Positions 34,617 to 46,640 of a DNA stretch of 64,000 nt are shown piece by piece (position 1 is the stretch's first letter; the number at the start of each line of letters is the position of its first letter). Origin of the DNA: Toensbergia leucococca (Eukaryota); NCBI GenBank assembly GCA_022813965.1, contig JALDZS010000056.1, forward strand, positions 62,001-126,000, in the 5' to 3' direction. A program made the translations under genes and the position numbers. Below the pieces are notes generated by a model. That model saw only the letters and a list, made by a program, of their open reading frames with translations, had not been told where the DNA came from and searched no databases.

Positions 34617-35798
34617 ATTTGTTGTGTATCAAACTCTACTGCTAGAAGTTTGAGATTTGTCGAAAGGAGGAGTACAGACGCGTACCTTGATGTTGTGAAA
34701 AGGTTGGACTGAGAGAAGAAAAAGAGTCTGGGTTCAATGGAGTACGGAGCGAGACTTAGATTCACTACCATGAGAGTCGCATGAAACGCACAATAAATGA
34801 AGTCCAGATTACAAAATAGGAAATGTTGTGGAGTTATGAGGCTGGCTGGATCTTGCGGGGGAGAAGTGAATCTCTCCTGCTGACTTGAACATTCTGATGT
34901 ATCAAAGCTCACTTCAACCTATTAATATTTGAGTTTCAATGTCAGATCTTGGGCAGTAACTGGGTGTATTAGCCCTTTTCCTTTTCCCATTCTGCTCCTT
35001 TCAGTCTTTTCCTTCTACACATAGTACCAAGTACCTATCTTGCATAACTACACACATTCTTCACTTTTGAGCAGTTTCGATGCGTCGCTTGAATAAATTC
35101 TCTAACCTGACGCAAACGAGTGCTACAAAAGGGTTTGCAGGAACCTGGCGAGCCTGGATATTTAGCAATGGCCATTTCTCGTTGATCAGTAGCATACGTG
35201 CACAAGGCAATTTGAATGGCCACGATTGAATATAAGGTGGGGGCCTGGATGGTAGGAGGTGGGAGGCTCGAGGGAGGGTAAATAAAATGAGATGGAAATT
35301 GGTACGAATTCGTGAAATGACATGGAACTGACATGGGCATTTGTCTGTGTTGAGACGCACTAGAAAGTAATCCCTGTCCAATGTCGAAAATACCTTACCT
35401 AAACCTAAACTTACGGAAATGTGGGCCGAAAGCCTCCCGCTAAAGTAGAATAGATCTAAAGTGCTGGTGGTGCCAAGGTCGACATTTTGACTGCGCTCCT
35501 CCGAGTCCTCCGCTTGCTGACTCCGTCTTCGGGTCAATAGCTCAGCTGGATGATGCGCCTTTCATGCTTGGGATCAATACTCAATACTACTACATATTGA
35601 GAAGACCAGTTGGGCATTCCCCAGACTGACTATGCTTTCGCCGTAATGCTCAATACCTTGTTCTCAACCAGCCATTCCATTAGGCGGTGAATATCGGAGA
35701 AACAATTATAATGCATCTCACCCCCGCCCCCACCAGAATCAAGTTACTTCGTATTTGATGTCAAATCTTGCCCAATAATTCAAGCCTGCTTCGACGCC

Positions 35799-37724
35799 AT
35801 GTCTCCTCCCCCACCCCGGCTCTCTGAGGAGACGACAAACAAGGCACAGCGTCGCTTCATGCCCGAACCAGTTGAGACCACGGCCAAGAGCAATCGGGCC
35901 ACGCCGTCCCTAGACCACCTGTCTGATCAAACTAAGAATACTATGGACCGACGCAGATTTGCACCTCAGCCCGTCGAAACGACTATAAAGAGCAATAGAA
36001 AACCGGTAGCTGGTCCATCTTCACCTTCGCCCGCTAACATAACCTCACCATCGTCCCACCGAGTACCACCCCAGCCTGCGGAATCTAATTCACCTCCGGT
36101 CACGAGACGGAAATTCTCCCCGCAATTGATTGAGACAACAAAGCGATCACGGAAGAATGGGGATACCACCCCAACCCTCCTACACTCTGACAAGACTGAG
36201 TTCTCACCTGGCGATCACCTTCCAAGACACCTTAGAATCACCCAACCCCCTGTTCCGCCGCCTTCACCTGTCCAAACGCCTTCAGAGACGACCAAGGAAG
36301 TTCCATCGTTAGACGAATCCCGCTTTTCCTCGTCCAATTTACGCCGTACAGTCCCTCGTCGCCATTCCTTCCGAGTCCCTGATCTAGACCCGATACAATC
36401 ACAACCGGACAGCGAAGACTCGAACGACTCGGGTCTTTCGTCTCTCTCGACGTCTCCGTCAGCAGCATCGGATGAGACAGAGCTGTATAAGCGTGTAACC
36501 CGAACGAGAGAAAGTTGTGATGATAGATTTTCGGGATACCTATTGGCACTTGCTGCTCGAGCCGCAGAGAAGCAATTAAGGGACCAGGCAATGGCAGCAT
36601 ATCCGAATGAACAGTTACATGAACCTGTGGATCACTTCGCTGTCGATCGAGAATCCGAAGAATCCGACGAAGAAGGAACCGGGATGCTCTCTAGAGACCC
36701 GGATGGAGATAAGCCAACGCTTCCGTCAGAGCCTGCTGCAGGATGGGATTTAGCAGAGCTACGGCGGCATAAAGAGAGATTGGAACAACAGAAGAAACCT
36801 CATAAGACCCAAGGACAACCAAAGCTTGATCAAAAATCTCCCACTAAGGGACGCTTTCAAGATTCCAAGACAGGTGCACGGGAACATCAACCACTCGCTG
36901 GTGTACTGAATGCATCTAAATCTGGCAATGGCGGCTGGCAAAATGGAGCTGAGATCAAACAGATGCGAAGTGCTGCAAGTCCACCGATGCTAGGCGATGA
37001 GCTGTTCTTTCCAAGATGTCAGTCTCCGCAGCCGACGAGGCTGGACGTTCATCAATTTCCGTCCACGCATCGAGCCTTGGGAACTCCTACGCCCACAGAC
37101 AGCGGTGGACTATGGTGTCCAGCAGGAGGTGCGAAGCAATCTGCACCTGCTAGTGGCTTATGGATGGGAGTCTGTCTTTTACCGGCGAAACGCTTACTTT
37201 CCGTTCCCAAGCCAATTCAACAGACTGGGTTGATGACTCCTAACGCTGAACGGGAAGACCCTCTTGCAAACGTTGATCTTGGAGGTAGAAGTCAACTACC
37301 ACCCTCTCCTCCAAACTCGATGCCAGATTCACAAATTGCGGGTATTGATGCTATTCTTATCGTAGAGCAAGAGATCGAGAAAGAATTCCATGATGGATTT
37401 GTTACGCAAGTCTACAATTATCTATCACTGGGCTATCCAGCGCTCGCACGAAAATATGACCCGGAACTGAGCAAAATATCTAGGGTTCCAATTGAGGATC
37501 TACGGCGAGATGACCAGCGTGCAAATGCCAAAGGATATGTAGGCGCTCCCGAAGGCGACGGCGTCGGTATGGGAGAGATCCAAGATGGACAATGTGGTCG
37601 TTGGCTGGCTCTCCGTCTATATGTTAGAGAATGGCTACGGCAACAACCAGCGATGGTAGATCGCGGTGCTGGAGCTAACAATGCCTGGGGTGCCCGAGCA
37701 AGAAAAGGGAGTTGGGCTATCTAG
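35799..37724 (+). CDS. Conserved uncharacterised filamentous-fungal protein (intronless)
   Basis: 641-aa ORF. Three RRF.P.PVETT-like repeats at the N-terminus; RESCDDRFSGYLLALAA; ASPPMLG; EFHDGFVTQVYNYLSLGYPALARKYDPELSKIS; ends WGARARKGSWAI. Confidence 0.85.
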   Translation: MSPPPPRLSEETTNKAQRRFMPEPVETTAKSNRATPSLDHLSDQTKNTMDRRRFAPQPVETTIKSNRKPVAGPSSPSPANITSPSSHRVPPQPAESNSPPVTRRKFSPQLIETTKRSRKNGDTTPTLLHSDKTEFSPGDHLPRHLRITQPPVPPPSPVQTPSETTKEVPSLDESRFSSSNLRRTVPRRHSFRVPDLDPIQSQPDSEDSNDSGLSSLSTSPSAASDETELYKRVTRTRESCDDRFSGYLLALAARAAEKQLRDQAMAAYPNEQLHEPVDHFAVDRESEESDEEGTGMLSRDPDGDKPTLPSEPAAGWDLAELRRHKERLEQQKKPHKTQGQPKLDQKSPTKGRFQDSKTGAREHQPLAGVLNASKSGNGGWQNGAEIKQMRSAASPPMLGDELFFPRCQSPQPTRLDVHQFPSTHRALGTPTPTDSGGLWCPAGGAKQSAPASGLWMGVCLLPAKRLLSVPKPIQQTGLMTPNAEREDPLANVDLGGRSQLPPSPPNSMPDSQIAGIDAILIVEQEIEKEFHDGFVTQVYNYLSLGYPALARKYDPELSKISRVPIEDLRRDDQRANAKGYVGAPEGDGVGMGEIQDGQCGRWLALRLYVREWLRQQPAMVDRGAGANNAWGARARKGSWAI

Positions 37725-38250
37725 GTTCCGCATGTCTTAAGATTGCATTGAAGGTGTTTCGATGGTTGAGATCTTACTGAAATATCTACTGCGTTCAAGC
37801 GTTGAACTTTTATGCACGGGGTCTTTTATCATTCGCACAATGGGTTTTATTGAGGGGGGTTTGCTCAAGAGCGAGTCGGGTTGGGTCTGTTCGAGGATAC
37901 GGCTGATACACAGGGCGTTGTCATGGGGTAGGAGTTGGGATAGTTTTTCTGTAAATAAGCAGGAGTATCTGGGATGATTCCCATGATGACACAAAAGGGG
38001 GCTTTTATAGGATTACAATCAACGATGGAATAGGATCAATATCTTTGAAAGTGTCTCTACAAAGGTTTCAATTTGGTGCACACTGCGTTTACTCTTTGGG
38101 CTGGATAGTCCAATATGTCTGTCTGAATGCTGGGGGATCGTCGAAGCCCATGCCTCGGGTTCATTGTTGTCAGAGCATTGATATGTGACCAAGACGAGCC
38201 ATGCATCTCCACAAGCTTTTGATCTACTTTATTCCCATTTGTAATTCCCC

Positions 38251-38598
38251 TCACTCTCCAATCACGTACTCACACCCCTTCTCCCCATCCATCCACACCT
38301 CATGCCTCCGCCCCGCCTCAACGTCAACCCTACTACCTACCCCGAAGGTCTCTTTCGACGGCGTTTCGTCATCGGGGTAGGAGATTGTGAGGGCGCCGCG
38401 GAGGATGAGATGTGTGGTGAGCGCTGAGTGAGAGTGTGGGGCATAGTAAGCTTTCCTGCAAGGATAGGGAGGGGGTGCATCAGCGGGAGATAATGGAATG
38501 ATGAGGGGGTGGGCATACGGTCCGTCAGTCCATGTGAAGACGTGGTTGAAGCCCCAGGAGCGGACTTGAGACTCGGCTTTGGCGCTAGACATGGGCAT
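38251..38598 (-). CDS. Small cupin (RmlC-like) protein, one intron (38456-38518)
   Basis: WGFNHVFTWTDGP|KAYYAPHSHSALTTHLILRG...RVDVEAGRRHEVWM..GCEYVIGE (cupin His motifs). Confidence 0.85.
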   Translation of the reverse strand: MPMSSAKAESQVRSWGFNHVFTWTDGPYAHPLIIPLSPADAPPPYPCRKAYYAPHSHSALTTHLILRGALTISYPDDETPSKETFGVGSRVDVEAGRRHEVWMDGEKGCEYVIGE

Positions 38599-39097
38599 GG
38601 GAGGAGCCCGGCCGGGCGGATGTAATTGAGCCAGAAGTTTCGGCTCCCCTACCGTGGGAGTGGAGCGGGATTGGGTGGGGGCCTTGCTGTGAAACGCCTT
38701 GGTGAAAAGTAGGCAGGAGATGATTGATTAAAAGCTCCGTATCTGTATATTCATGTGCTCCTGATGACATCTCTATGCCATTGTGACAAGGATGATGTCA
38801 TTTGAAGTAGGAGGCTCGAAATTTAGGGTAAGATCCCTGCGGACAGAACTATTCCAGGTGAATTAGGGCAAGGTTACGTCGCGGGGAAGGTTCCAGGATG
38901 CCGAGGGTGCATTTTCATGTGCAAAGCATTATCCCCAGGTTTCGATCAAAGTTTCAATTTCCATCAATTCGCCCGATCTGTAAAAACCACATTCCTATTC
39001 TCTGTGGAAGTCTGGCCATGATACCTAGCCTACACCTGCTGTTGACTTGCCCTACCGAGTGCTAACTCCCTGATTGCTATCAAGAGTCAATTCCAAG

Positions 39098-40049
39098 ATG
39101 GAGGCAGTAAAGGTATGACCCTCCACACCAAACCCACAATACCGCCATCTGACCGTCTCCCAGGAAGCTGTCAACAGCATAGTTCTCGACCCCCAATACG
39201 CCGACTATCTCGCCATCATCAAAGCCGCCCGCAATGGCGCCGTCTACGGAGCCAAAGTCCGCTTTCCTCACGCGCTGGTGTAAGCCTCCGACCGCACCAT
39301 TTCAAACCCCCAGGCTGATCTAATCCGTGCCTCTCAAACAGTATGGTCTTTCTCTTCCGCTCCGGCACGTACGTCACCCCGCTCCCCTCCCACCTTACCC
39401 CACCCTCTCGAATCTACTTTCACTAAACTTCGTCCTTCTCCAGCCTCCGTTCCAAACTCCGTTTAATTCTAAAAGCCACACGCCAACACGCTCGTAATCT
39501 TGCCACCTTCGCCATAGTCTACAAAACCAGCCTCCTCCTCCTTCGCCACCTCCCCACCCCTCCGCCCCACGCCCAAGGAAAACCCCTCATCCTCCCGCAA
39601 GAAGGCCCCTACGACACCTTCCTTGCCGGCCTCATAGGTGGCTACGCGGTTTTTGGTCGTGGTATCCAAAGCAGCGTCAACCAACAAATCGTCATCTACG
39701 TCTTCGCGCGAGTGGTGCTAGCGCTAGCGAAAATAAGTGTGCGGCGCGGTGGGTGGGTGCCCAGGGACGTTAGGGAGAAGGTGGAGGGGAATGCTTGGGC
39801 TGTATTTGCGTCGTTGAGTTGGGGGATGGTGATGTGGGTGCATCGGTGGCATCCTGAGACCATTCAGCCGAGTTTGAGAAGCAGTATGAAATACATGTAT
39901 GTGTTTCCCACCCCTTTTTCCGCCCCTCTCATTTCTTTTATTTTCGTCATTTTTGGGGCAAGAGAGTTAATGGGATGGTCGTGGCGCGCAGATACGTGGA
40001 CTCGAACCATTGGGACTCGTTAAAGACGCTACTGCTCTACAACACCTAA
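39098..40049 (+). CDS. Peroxisomal membrane protein 4 (PXMP4/PMP24, Tim17 family), 5 exons
   Basis: Spliced: MEAVK|EAVNSIVLDPQY...KAARNGAVYGAKVRFPHALV|MVFLFRSGT|LRSKL..ILKATRQHARNLATFA...DTFLAGLIGGYAVFG...SVNQQIVIYVFARV...LRSSMKYI|YVDSNHWDSLKTLLLYNT*. Confidence 0.92.
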
Positions 40050-40948
40050 ACATCTAGTCCGTAACGAGGCATTCATCTGGTGTTCTGGCGTTTTGCAAAT
40101 TTCCCCCTGGATATGACCGGCGCTGGGTGGGGCGGACGAGCGTGAAAGAGGAATATATACCAGCGACAGGATTGGATTGCGGCATTTACATTGAGGGCTA
40201 GGTTGGGGATGGGAAATTCTCCTCGGAAAGTTTTCCTGTGACTTTTACATTTTAAATTCCCAATCGATATTCTTTACAACAATATCACGACAATTTGACG
40301 GGGAACTCAGGGGCTCGTGTTCGGCGCTTTCTAGGGTTTCGTTGCTGTGTCGATGATATCCCTCCTTCGATTTCGCTACGAGTAGTTACGTACTTGCCCG
40401 AGTTCAGTTGCTCAGCATGTGCCAAAGGCGAAGCCCAGTCATGGTACCAAATCTCATGTCACAGGCCAAAGAACAACTCAATCAACAAGGATCCGAGACA
40501 GGATACCATCAACATGAATCTGTCAAAAACAGTGGTAACGAAAACAGACACAATGGACCACGGTCTTTTCTATCATGCGCTCAATCTTCCAAAATATACC
40601 TACGAAATCTTCTACTCTTCAGATCGCTCAAAATTCAATTGAAAAGATCAACGAAAGAGAGATCCATATTTATAGTAATTTGTATTCAATACTTAAAACT
40701 AAAAGATAAGTGGATGAGAAGTTATATGGCTTAGATTACACCAAGTGAAGCCAAATCGTATCAAATGGTCATGACTCATGATTCCCTTCCTTCCTTCCCG
40801 CACCGCCAGCATTACGTTCCGGACAGAAGTTGGTTTCGTATGAAAGCCATCAACGTCTGCCCCATGATCGTCAAAGATACAAAAAATCCCTTCCCGGAGA
40901 CCGTTACCACCGCCAAATGCACTTCCTAGCAAAAGGAACCGCGGCCCA

Positions 40949-43627
40949 TTACTCTTCGTCAACCTGCATGAGATCATTCATGCCGAGCTGCTGCGCTAGC
41001 TCTGTACCGCGCCCCGACCACGCAGTAGGGAAATGGGAAAGGTCTTGAAACATAGATTGGTGAGTCATGCTAGACATGCTCGAAGCGGCATTGGAGCCGT
41101 CAAAGAGCGCAAAATCATTGGTGGGTTTACCAGTATCACTGGCAAAATCGCCGAAGCCCTCGTCGGCGGAAACGTCGTGATTAGAGTATGGAGAATAGAG
41201 CATGAGGTTGGCTTGTGCACCGGGAGAGAGAGATGGAAGGTGGCCTCTGGGTGGTTGCTCGACGGAGATTGAGGGGTTACGACTGAAGGCGTCGAGGGGT
41301 CGAGTCTCGACGGAGTTTGCAGGAGTAATGAGTTGTACGTTATAGGATGTAAAATTGGTGGTGTCCATGTTACTCCAATCAAAGTTCTCACTGAAGAGGG
41401 GATCCTGGTCATGAGGTGTCAATGTCGACTCGAATGATGATGGAACCGTTGGGGCAGTAGTCAAGGATGCCGAGTCCCAGGAAGGTATGTGAGAGCCATT
41501 GTTATTTGGTACAGCTCCATTGAAGCCACTGTATGAGTCATTCCAGGAAAAACTGGGGTCAAAGGGATTGAATGTGTCATCCAAGGCCATCAAGGGCTCT
41601 TCCAAATTTGAGTGAGGGGTAGATCCCTCCGATGGAGTGCCCATTCCATTCACAGAGTGGGAAATGCTGTAAGTATCGTGGGTTTTCCACGAAGAAGCTT
41701 CGCCGTACTCTGAAGTAGGCGCATCAAGGGTGAAGGATTCAGGCGTAGTCATCTGGGATGTTGGCGAGGTTCTGCTGTCCTGGGGCTGCTTGCCATTTTT
41801 ACGGTTGTTCTTTGATCGAACATAAGCCCATCCATGGGCTTTCTCCATGTGTTGCTTGCAATTGCTCTCTCGCTTACTTTCGTAGGGGCATGGGTGATAT
41901 CGGCACTTGTACATGGACGGTGTCACAGAATGCTTGTCATTGACATGACGATCCCGCTCTTTTTCTGTGGGCCATCCGTAATCGTGGTATTTGCACTTCA
42001 GCTCAGTGCATTTCCACGGCCTCGAATGGGTCTTTTCATGTTTCCTGGAGTAATAGATTAGCTTTGAAGTGGGTAGCGTTCGAATTGAGACGCACGTCAA
42101 ATCACACGGCCGCTTGAAAACTTTGTCACATTCACTGCAGCTCTGGGCATCTTTGATGGTGGGCTGAGCAGATTTTCGACGACGAGCCATGGATCTTATG
42201 ATGTTATCGTCCAACTCTTCACTCGTCGGCGCTCTAATGATTGGGGATTGGCCTGCCGAGCTACCTTCTCCTTTGATGATTGTTCCCGTGCGAAGTGAGA
42301 TTGGTTGCCCGTTCTTGATTCTCACAAGTTCAGCAGCTCGTCCGGTTTGACTCAGCCCACCCTCTAGTTTCAACTGCTCATCACTGGTAAAGTCAGCCTC
42401 ATATATAAGGGACTGAGATAAGGGTACATACTCAGTGCAGTCAGCCCCGGAAGGGGCCTTTCCAGACGCCATCCTTTCCCTTGAAGCAGCTAGCATGGCT
42501 GCGTATTGACGGACCTGTTCCACGAGATCGAGAAAATAGCCGTTAGTATAAGGTCTATCGGTTGGTCGTCGCTGATCTTGTTCGTTGAGGTGTTCGACGG
42601 TCGTGTGTAGACACTGAATCGACGTCTCACAGAAGTTGATGAACGATGCCTTAGAAACCGACCATTTCTTTGCGCCAGAAACCATAAAATGAGCCAAACT
42701 CCTTCCCCGAACATGACCAGAATCACTCACCGGCGCCAGCCAAAGAAGAACCTTTTCCAAATCCCGGAGACAGGTAATCTCCTTGCGATTAACTCGATAT
42801 GGTATCCCACTGACCAATGGGTGAAATTCTTTCAGTGTACTCTCACGCACGATTGGGAGTATTATGTGTTTCTGAATCTGCCTGCAAGCGTATTCACTAA
42901 GTGCGTGTTGGGTTCCTGTCACAGGACCTGCAGAGGGGGCAGTGATTCCATTAATGCCGGATTGGATGCGCCCTTCCTCAATGGTCGAGGCAACGGTAGC
43001 GTGATCACCACCCATGTTATGAGCTAGGCTGTTATTAGTATTCATAGTGTTGGTGATTGATGCCCAACGAGAAGAGATTTTCATACTTCTGTAATCCTTT
43101 AAAAACAATGACTCCTCTGAGCCAGTAATCGTGGAACCAATTCCGCTATCGGAAGTATGATGCTTCTGGGTTGATCGAAAATGAGGTACACGGTCAGACG
43201 ACTGGTCGACATCCATCACATCTGGTTCAGCAACGTGAGCATCCAGCATGAAACGCGGGACGGGAAGGTCTTCGGCGCGCAAGGTCTCTTGGCTTTCAGT
43301 TGAGAAATTTTCTAGGCCAGAGAGACTACGATCGACAACTCCTAAGAGTTCTGCCATGCGTCTTTCTCCGGCAGCGACAGCATCCTTTAAGGCTTTAGGG
43401 CATGTAGGTGACCTTCTCGGTAGCGAAGGGATGTTTACAATGGGGTCATGTTCCTGGCAGTGAGGGGATGTCGGGGAGTGGAATGTAGCACTCTTCCTGA
43501 GCGGCAGACTTGACTTGGTGGAAGGGTATTTCTGGCAAGCATTGTATGCTAACGGAGATTGTTGGAAAGAAGGGGGGGGGTTGTTGCTTAAGTAGCGACG
43601 CCGAGGGTTGTGTTGTGGGGAAGTCAT
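40949..43627 (-). CDS. sltA: C2H2 transcription factor SltA/StzA/AceI ortholog
   Basis: LRKSATFHSP, SDSGIGS, ITCLRDLEK, RPTDRPYTNGYFLDL.EQ, RSMARRRK and three fingers (CSECDKVFKRPCDLT|KHEKTHSRPWKC...GWPTEKERDRHVNDKH...CPYESKRESNCKQHMEKAHGW.YVRSK). Introns at 43024-43086, 42668-42730, 42384-42431 and 42045-42095. Confidence 0.93.
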   Translation of the reverse strand: MTSPQHNPRRRYLSNNPPPSFQQSPLAYNACQKYPSTKSSLPLRKSATFHSPTSPHCQEHDPIVNIPSLPRRSPTCPKALKDAVAAGERRMAELLGVVDRSLSGLENFSTESQETLRAEDLPVPRFMLDAHVAEPDVMDVDQSSDRVPHFRSTQKHHTSDSGIGSTITGSEESLFLKDYRSMKISSRWASITNTMNTNNSLAHNMGGDHATVASTIEEGRIQSGINGITAPSAGPVTGTQHALSEYACRQIQKHIILPIVRESTLKEFHPLVSGIPYRVNRKEITCLRDLEKVLLWLAPVSDSGHVRGRSLAHFMVSGAKKWSVSKASFINFCETSIQCLHTTVEHLNEQDQRRPTDRPYTNGYFLDLVEQVRQYAAMLAASRERMASGKAPSGADCTEYVPLSQSLIYEADFTSDEQLKLEGGLSQTGRAAELVRIKNGQPISLRTGTIIKGEGSSAGQSPIIRAPTSEELDDNIIRSMARRRKSAQPTIKDAQSCSECDKVFKRPCDLTCVSIRTLPTSKLIYYSRKHEKTHSRPWKCTELKCKYHDYGWPTEKERDRHVNDKHSVTPSMYKCRYHPCPYESKRESNCKQHMEKAHGWAYVRSKNNRKNGKQPQDSRTSPTSQMTTPESFTLDAPTSEYGEASSWKTHDTYSISHSVNGMGTPSEGSTPHSNLEEPLMALDDTFNPFDPSFSWNDSYSGFNGAVPNNNGSHIPSWDSASLTTAPTVPSSFESTLTPHDQDPLFSENFDWSNMDTTNFTSYNVQLITPANSVETRPLDAFSRNPSISVEQPPRGHLPSLSPGAQANLMLYSPYSNHDVSADEGFGDFASDTGKPTNDFALFDGSNAASSMSSMTHQSMFQDLSHFPTAWSGRGTELAQQLGMNDLMQVDEE

Positions 43628-46600
43628 CCTGAGTGGTCAGGTGTCTGAGACAGTTGAGTGACTCCGATTGCACAGTACTGAAGGGTGTTAGCAGGTTCAG
43701 AAGCAGTGTGATGCAGTCTGCCCATCTTGGATGACTCACAATCTTGGCTAAGCTGGGCGGGAGTAAAGAGAGCAGCTTTCGGCTTCTCTCGACCGCGGAT
43801 GGTGATTCGTCAATGCGGCTGGCGCAATAAACAGAGAGACTTCGGTCAATATGGATCCTCGAAGTCGAATTGATTTCGTTGACAGGTATATAGGCTTGTT
43901 TGATCGATTTACAGGACTCGGAACATCAAAGTAATACTTGCGGCATTTTCCCGTTGAATAGAAGCTATAGTTGATGAGGATGAAGGAACGAGGCAGTGCG
44001 AATCGAGGAGGCACAAGGCTAAGTGTGGTAAGTATGTTCCGAGTATGAAGACGTCACGAGGAGAGGTGGCCAATGTGTGCCGGATAGAAGGACGAGTTTA
44101 GGACATGGATGATATACACGCTCGTTGATAAGTATCACCGTCGTGCTGTCGATGGTGTTGATGAGGATGGGCGAGGCAGTGGGGGGGGACCGTGGTGGTT
44201 TTGTCGTTCAGGCGTTTCGACATTGCGGTGTTTAGAAAAGAGCCTCGCCAGCGCCGCTAAAATCAGGCAGCAGCGTTTAGACGACAGGGATGCCGAGAGT
44301 AGTAATGCAACGTATATCCCTCAGCGTATTTCTCTGCCCTAAGGTATCGAGTACGGTAAAATTAGGTCAGTACGAAGTACCGAGGTACCTTCGAGCTTAC
44401 CAGGGGGGTCAACATTCTGACCGCTGGTACCAGACTACGAGAACGTGGAGCAAGTACAATATGCCTCGCACAGCGCGCCTGGGATCTACTCTATTCTAGT
44501 CCATCCTTTTCGAGGAAATTCTGTAAGTCAATCCCCACGCCAATTGATCAACATTTTCAGCTTCGCTCTTCATTGATACAATCTCTTGCCTGTAATATCT
44601 TTAGATCTGGGTATTGTATGGATTGCTTGTACGGTACCAGCATGACAGCCAGGTCCAGTGTTAATTGGACTTTCCACCCGCACTTCATCAGCCTTTGATC
44701 GACAGAACTGCATGACACGAGTCTCATGATTGGACCGTTCGGACTTGCTTCGTAATTCAATGTACTCGTCGTTTCCAAGTCGTGGACTGCTTCGTCACCA
44801 TGTGCTTCTACTCGACCCGTGTGCTCTTTCAAGTTCCATTCTCGTACCGCATTGGCCCAGCTAGGATGGTCATCCTGTGCTTTTTCTGTCTCACCCCCCA
44901 ACTGTTGGTGGCTCACGTTACGACTTACCGAGTACCGCTGCGCTAGTTATGCCTTACGAGGAGTTGCTTCATGCAGTCAGTGATGATCGTCCCCTCTCCG
45001 CCACTCTTCCGTCTTCTCATAACGGCTGTCTTGGACTCTTGGTGACTCATGCCCCACTAATTGATCTTTCTACTCGTCCAATCCGTGTTGAAGGTTCAAC
45101 CGGCTTGCCCGGCCTCTGCAGCTGCTAGTTTTATGGAGCTGGGCCCTCTAATTGCTCAATCACCTTATGGCGTACCAATAGCCGCACTTTGCGGCAGAAG
45201 CAACAAGTCCGCCTATCATTGCTTGCACCTTCTGCTTCTTCTTACTCGCTATTACTCCGTCTAGGGCTGCAGTTTCTGCACGACCCATCACCTTATTTGC
45301 CCCCAGGAACCAGCCCTATGCAGTGTCAGGCTTCATCCAGGAATGGCTAAATACCAGCTATGACACAGTCCCTGCACCTGCTACAATACAGCTCACTGGG
45401 TGACACGATACCCACAAGTTTTCACCAGCTCATTCAACTCCAATTTTGTCTTACTAGGGATCTTTTGCACAAGAACTGAAAAGAATTAAGATATTTCTCC
45501 GTAGATATGGCTGCGAAGTGTGGTTACACTGCGTCAGGATCAGAAATATACCCGACCCTATATCCGCTGCTCAGACCCTCTGCAGAGCAGGTAGCAACCA
45601 GACCAATTGTTCTTGTTCTTCCTGCGCCTGAAGATTAAAATCTCTCGGTAAATTTCATCCGTTCTCCCTATTCTTACAGCAGGTTTCCCGGAACGCTAGC
45701 CTACACTACCATGACCAGCTCTTTCAACATAGTCTTCTCGAGACTACTCAATGTTTTCATCCACCTTTTCTGGCTCATGAATTCCCACAGCTTCCAGACC
45801 ATCCTTGTCATGGATTGAACAAGCAGACTCGGTGTAAAACCGATGCTTGAAGCCGCAATTCAAAGCCAGCGCCCAACCCACAGAGTAAGAAAGGCTAAAT
45901 ATCCCTTGAGAGCCCGTCAAGAACGAGAATTAATCAAAGACCTTGTTCAACAATGATCTCGAAGTTCCAAGCAACGCCAAGCAGTCCGACTAGTATCTAC
46001 CTGTATTCGGCGAGCACTGATCAGTGTTGATAATAGTCAAGAACGCTAACGTTGAACAGCAACGACGACTAACATCAACTTGACAGACGACCAAAGTACC
46101 ATCAAGGGCCCCTGAAAAGCTCTTGATACACAACACTCGCCATGCTTGTGGCAACAACATCGTTGAGATACCTTCGGTGACTTTTCGAGCGCAAAACAGC
46201 CGAGCTGACTCAAACGCTCCAGAACCTTCAAATCCTAAGAACAAGAAATTGTAGAAATTTTACAAGAGTGAGAATTTAGTCCCACGCCCTGGGACAGGTG
46301 TGATATAGCTCGACCGATCTTGTCGTTAGTCAATATCATAGCAAAATTGGACTGATCAACAGGAAATGAGCATGCGGAACCGCACTACAAGCGGAGAATT
46401 TGACTTATCACCAGTTTTACATTTGACATGCACCGTTCTACAATTTGAATCAATGGCGAAAAATCGCTCAAACTAAACATCGAAGTACTCGTATCACCAC
46501 CAACCGCAGCTCTTAGTCCATTTACACACGACTTCATTGCGCGTACTCATACATTGTATAAACTTCTGCATAGGCAGTAGGTATTCTCTCTACTCGTCAA

Positions 46601-46640
46601 CGAACGATAAGCACTGACACACCACTTGCTCAAAAAACAT

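Noticed and set aside
44557..46244. Degraded minus-strand gene upstream of sltA (ORFs 44557-44916 and 45990-46244)
   Set aside because: Stop density in the flanking frame is about random and no domain is recognisable.
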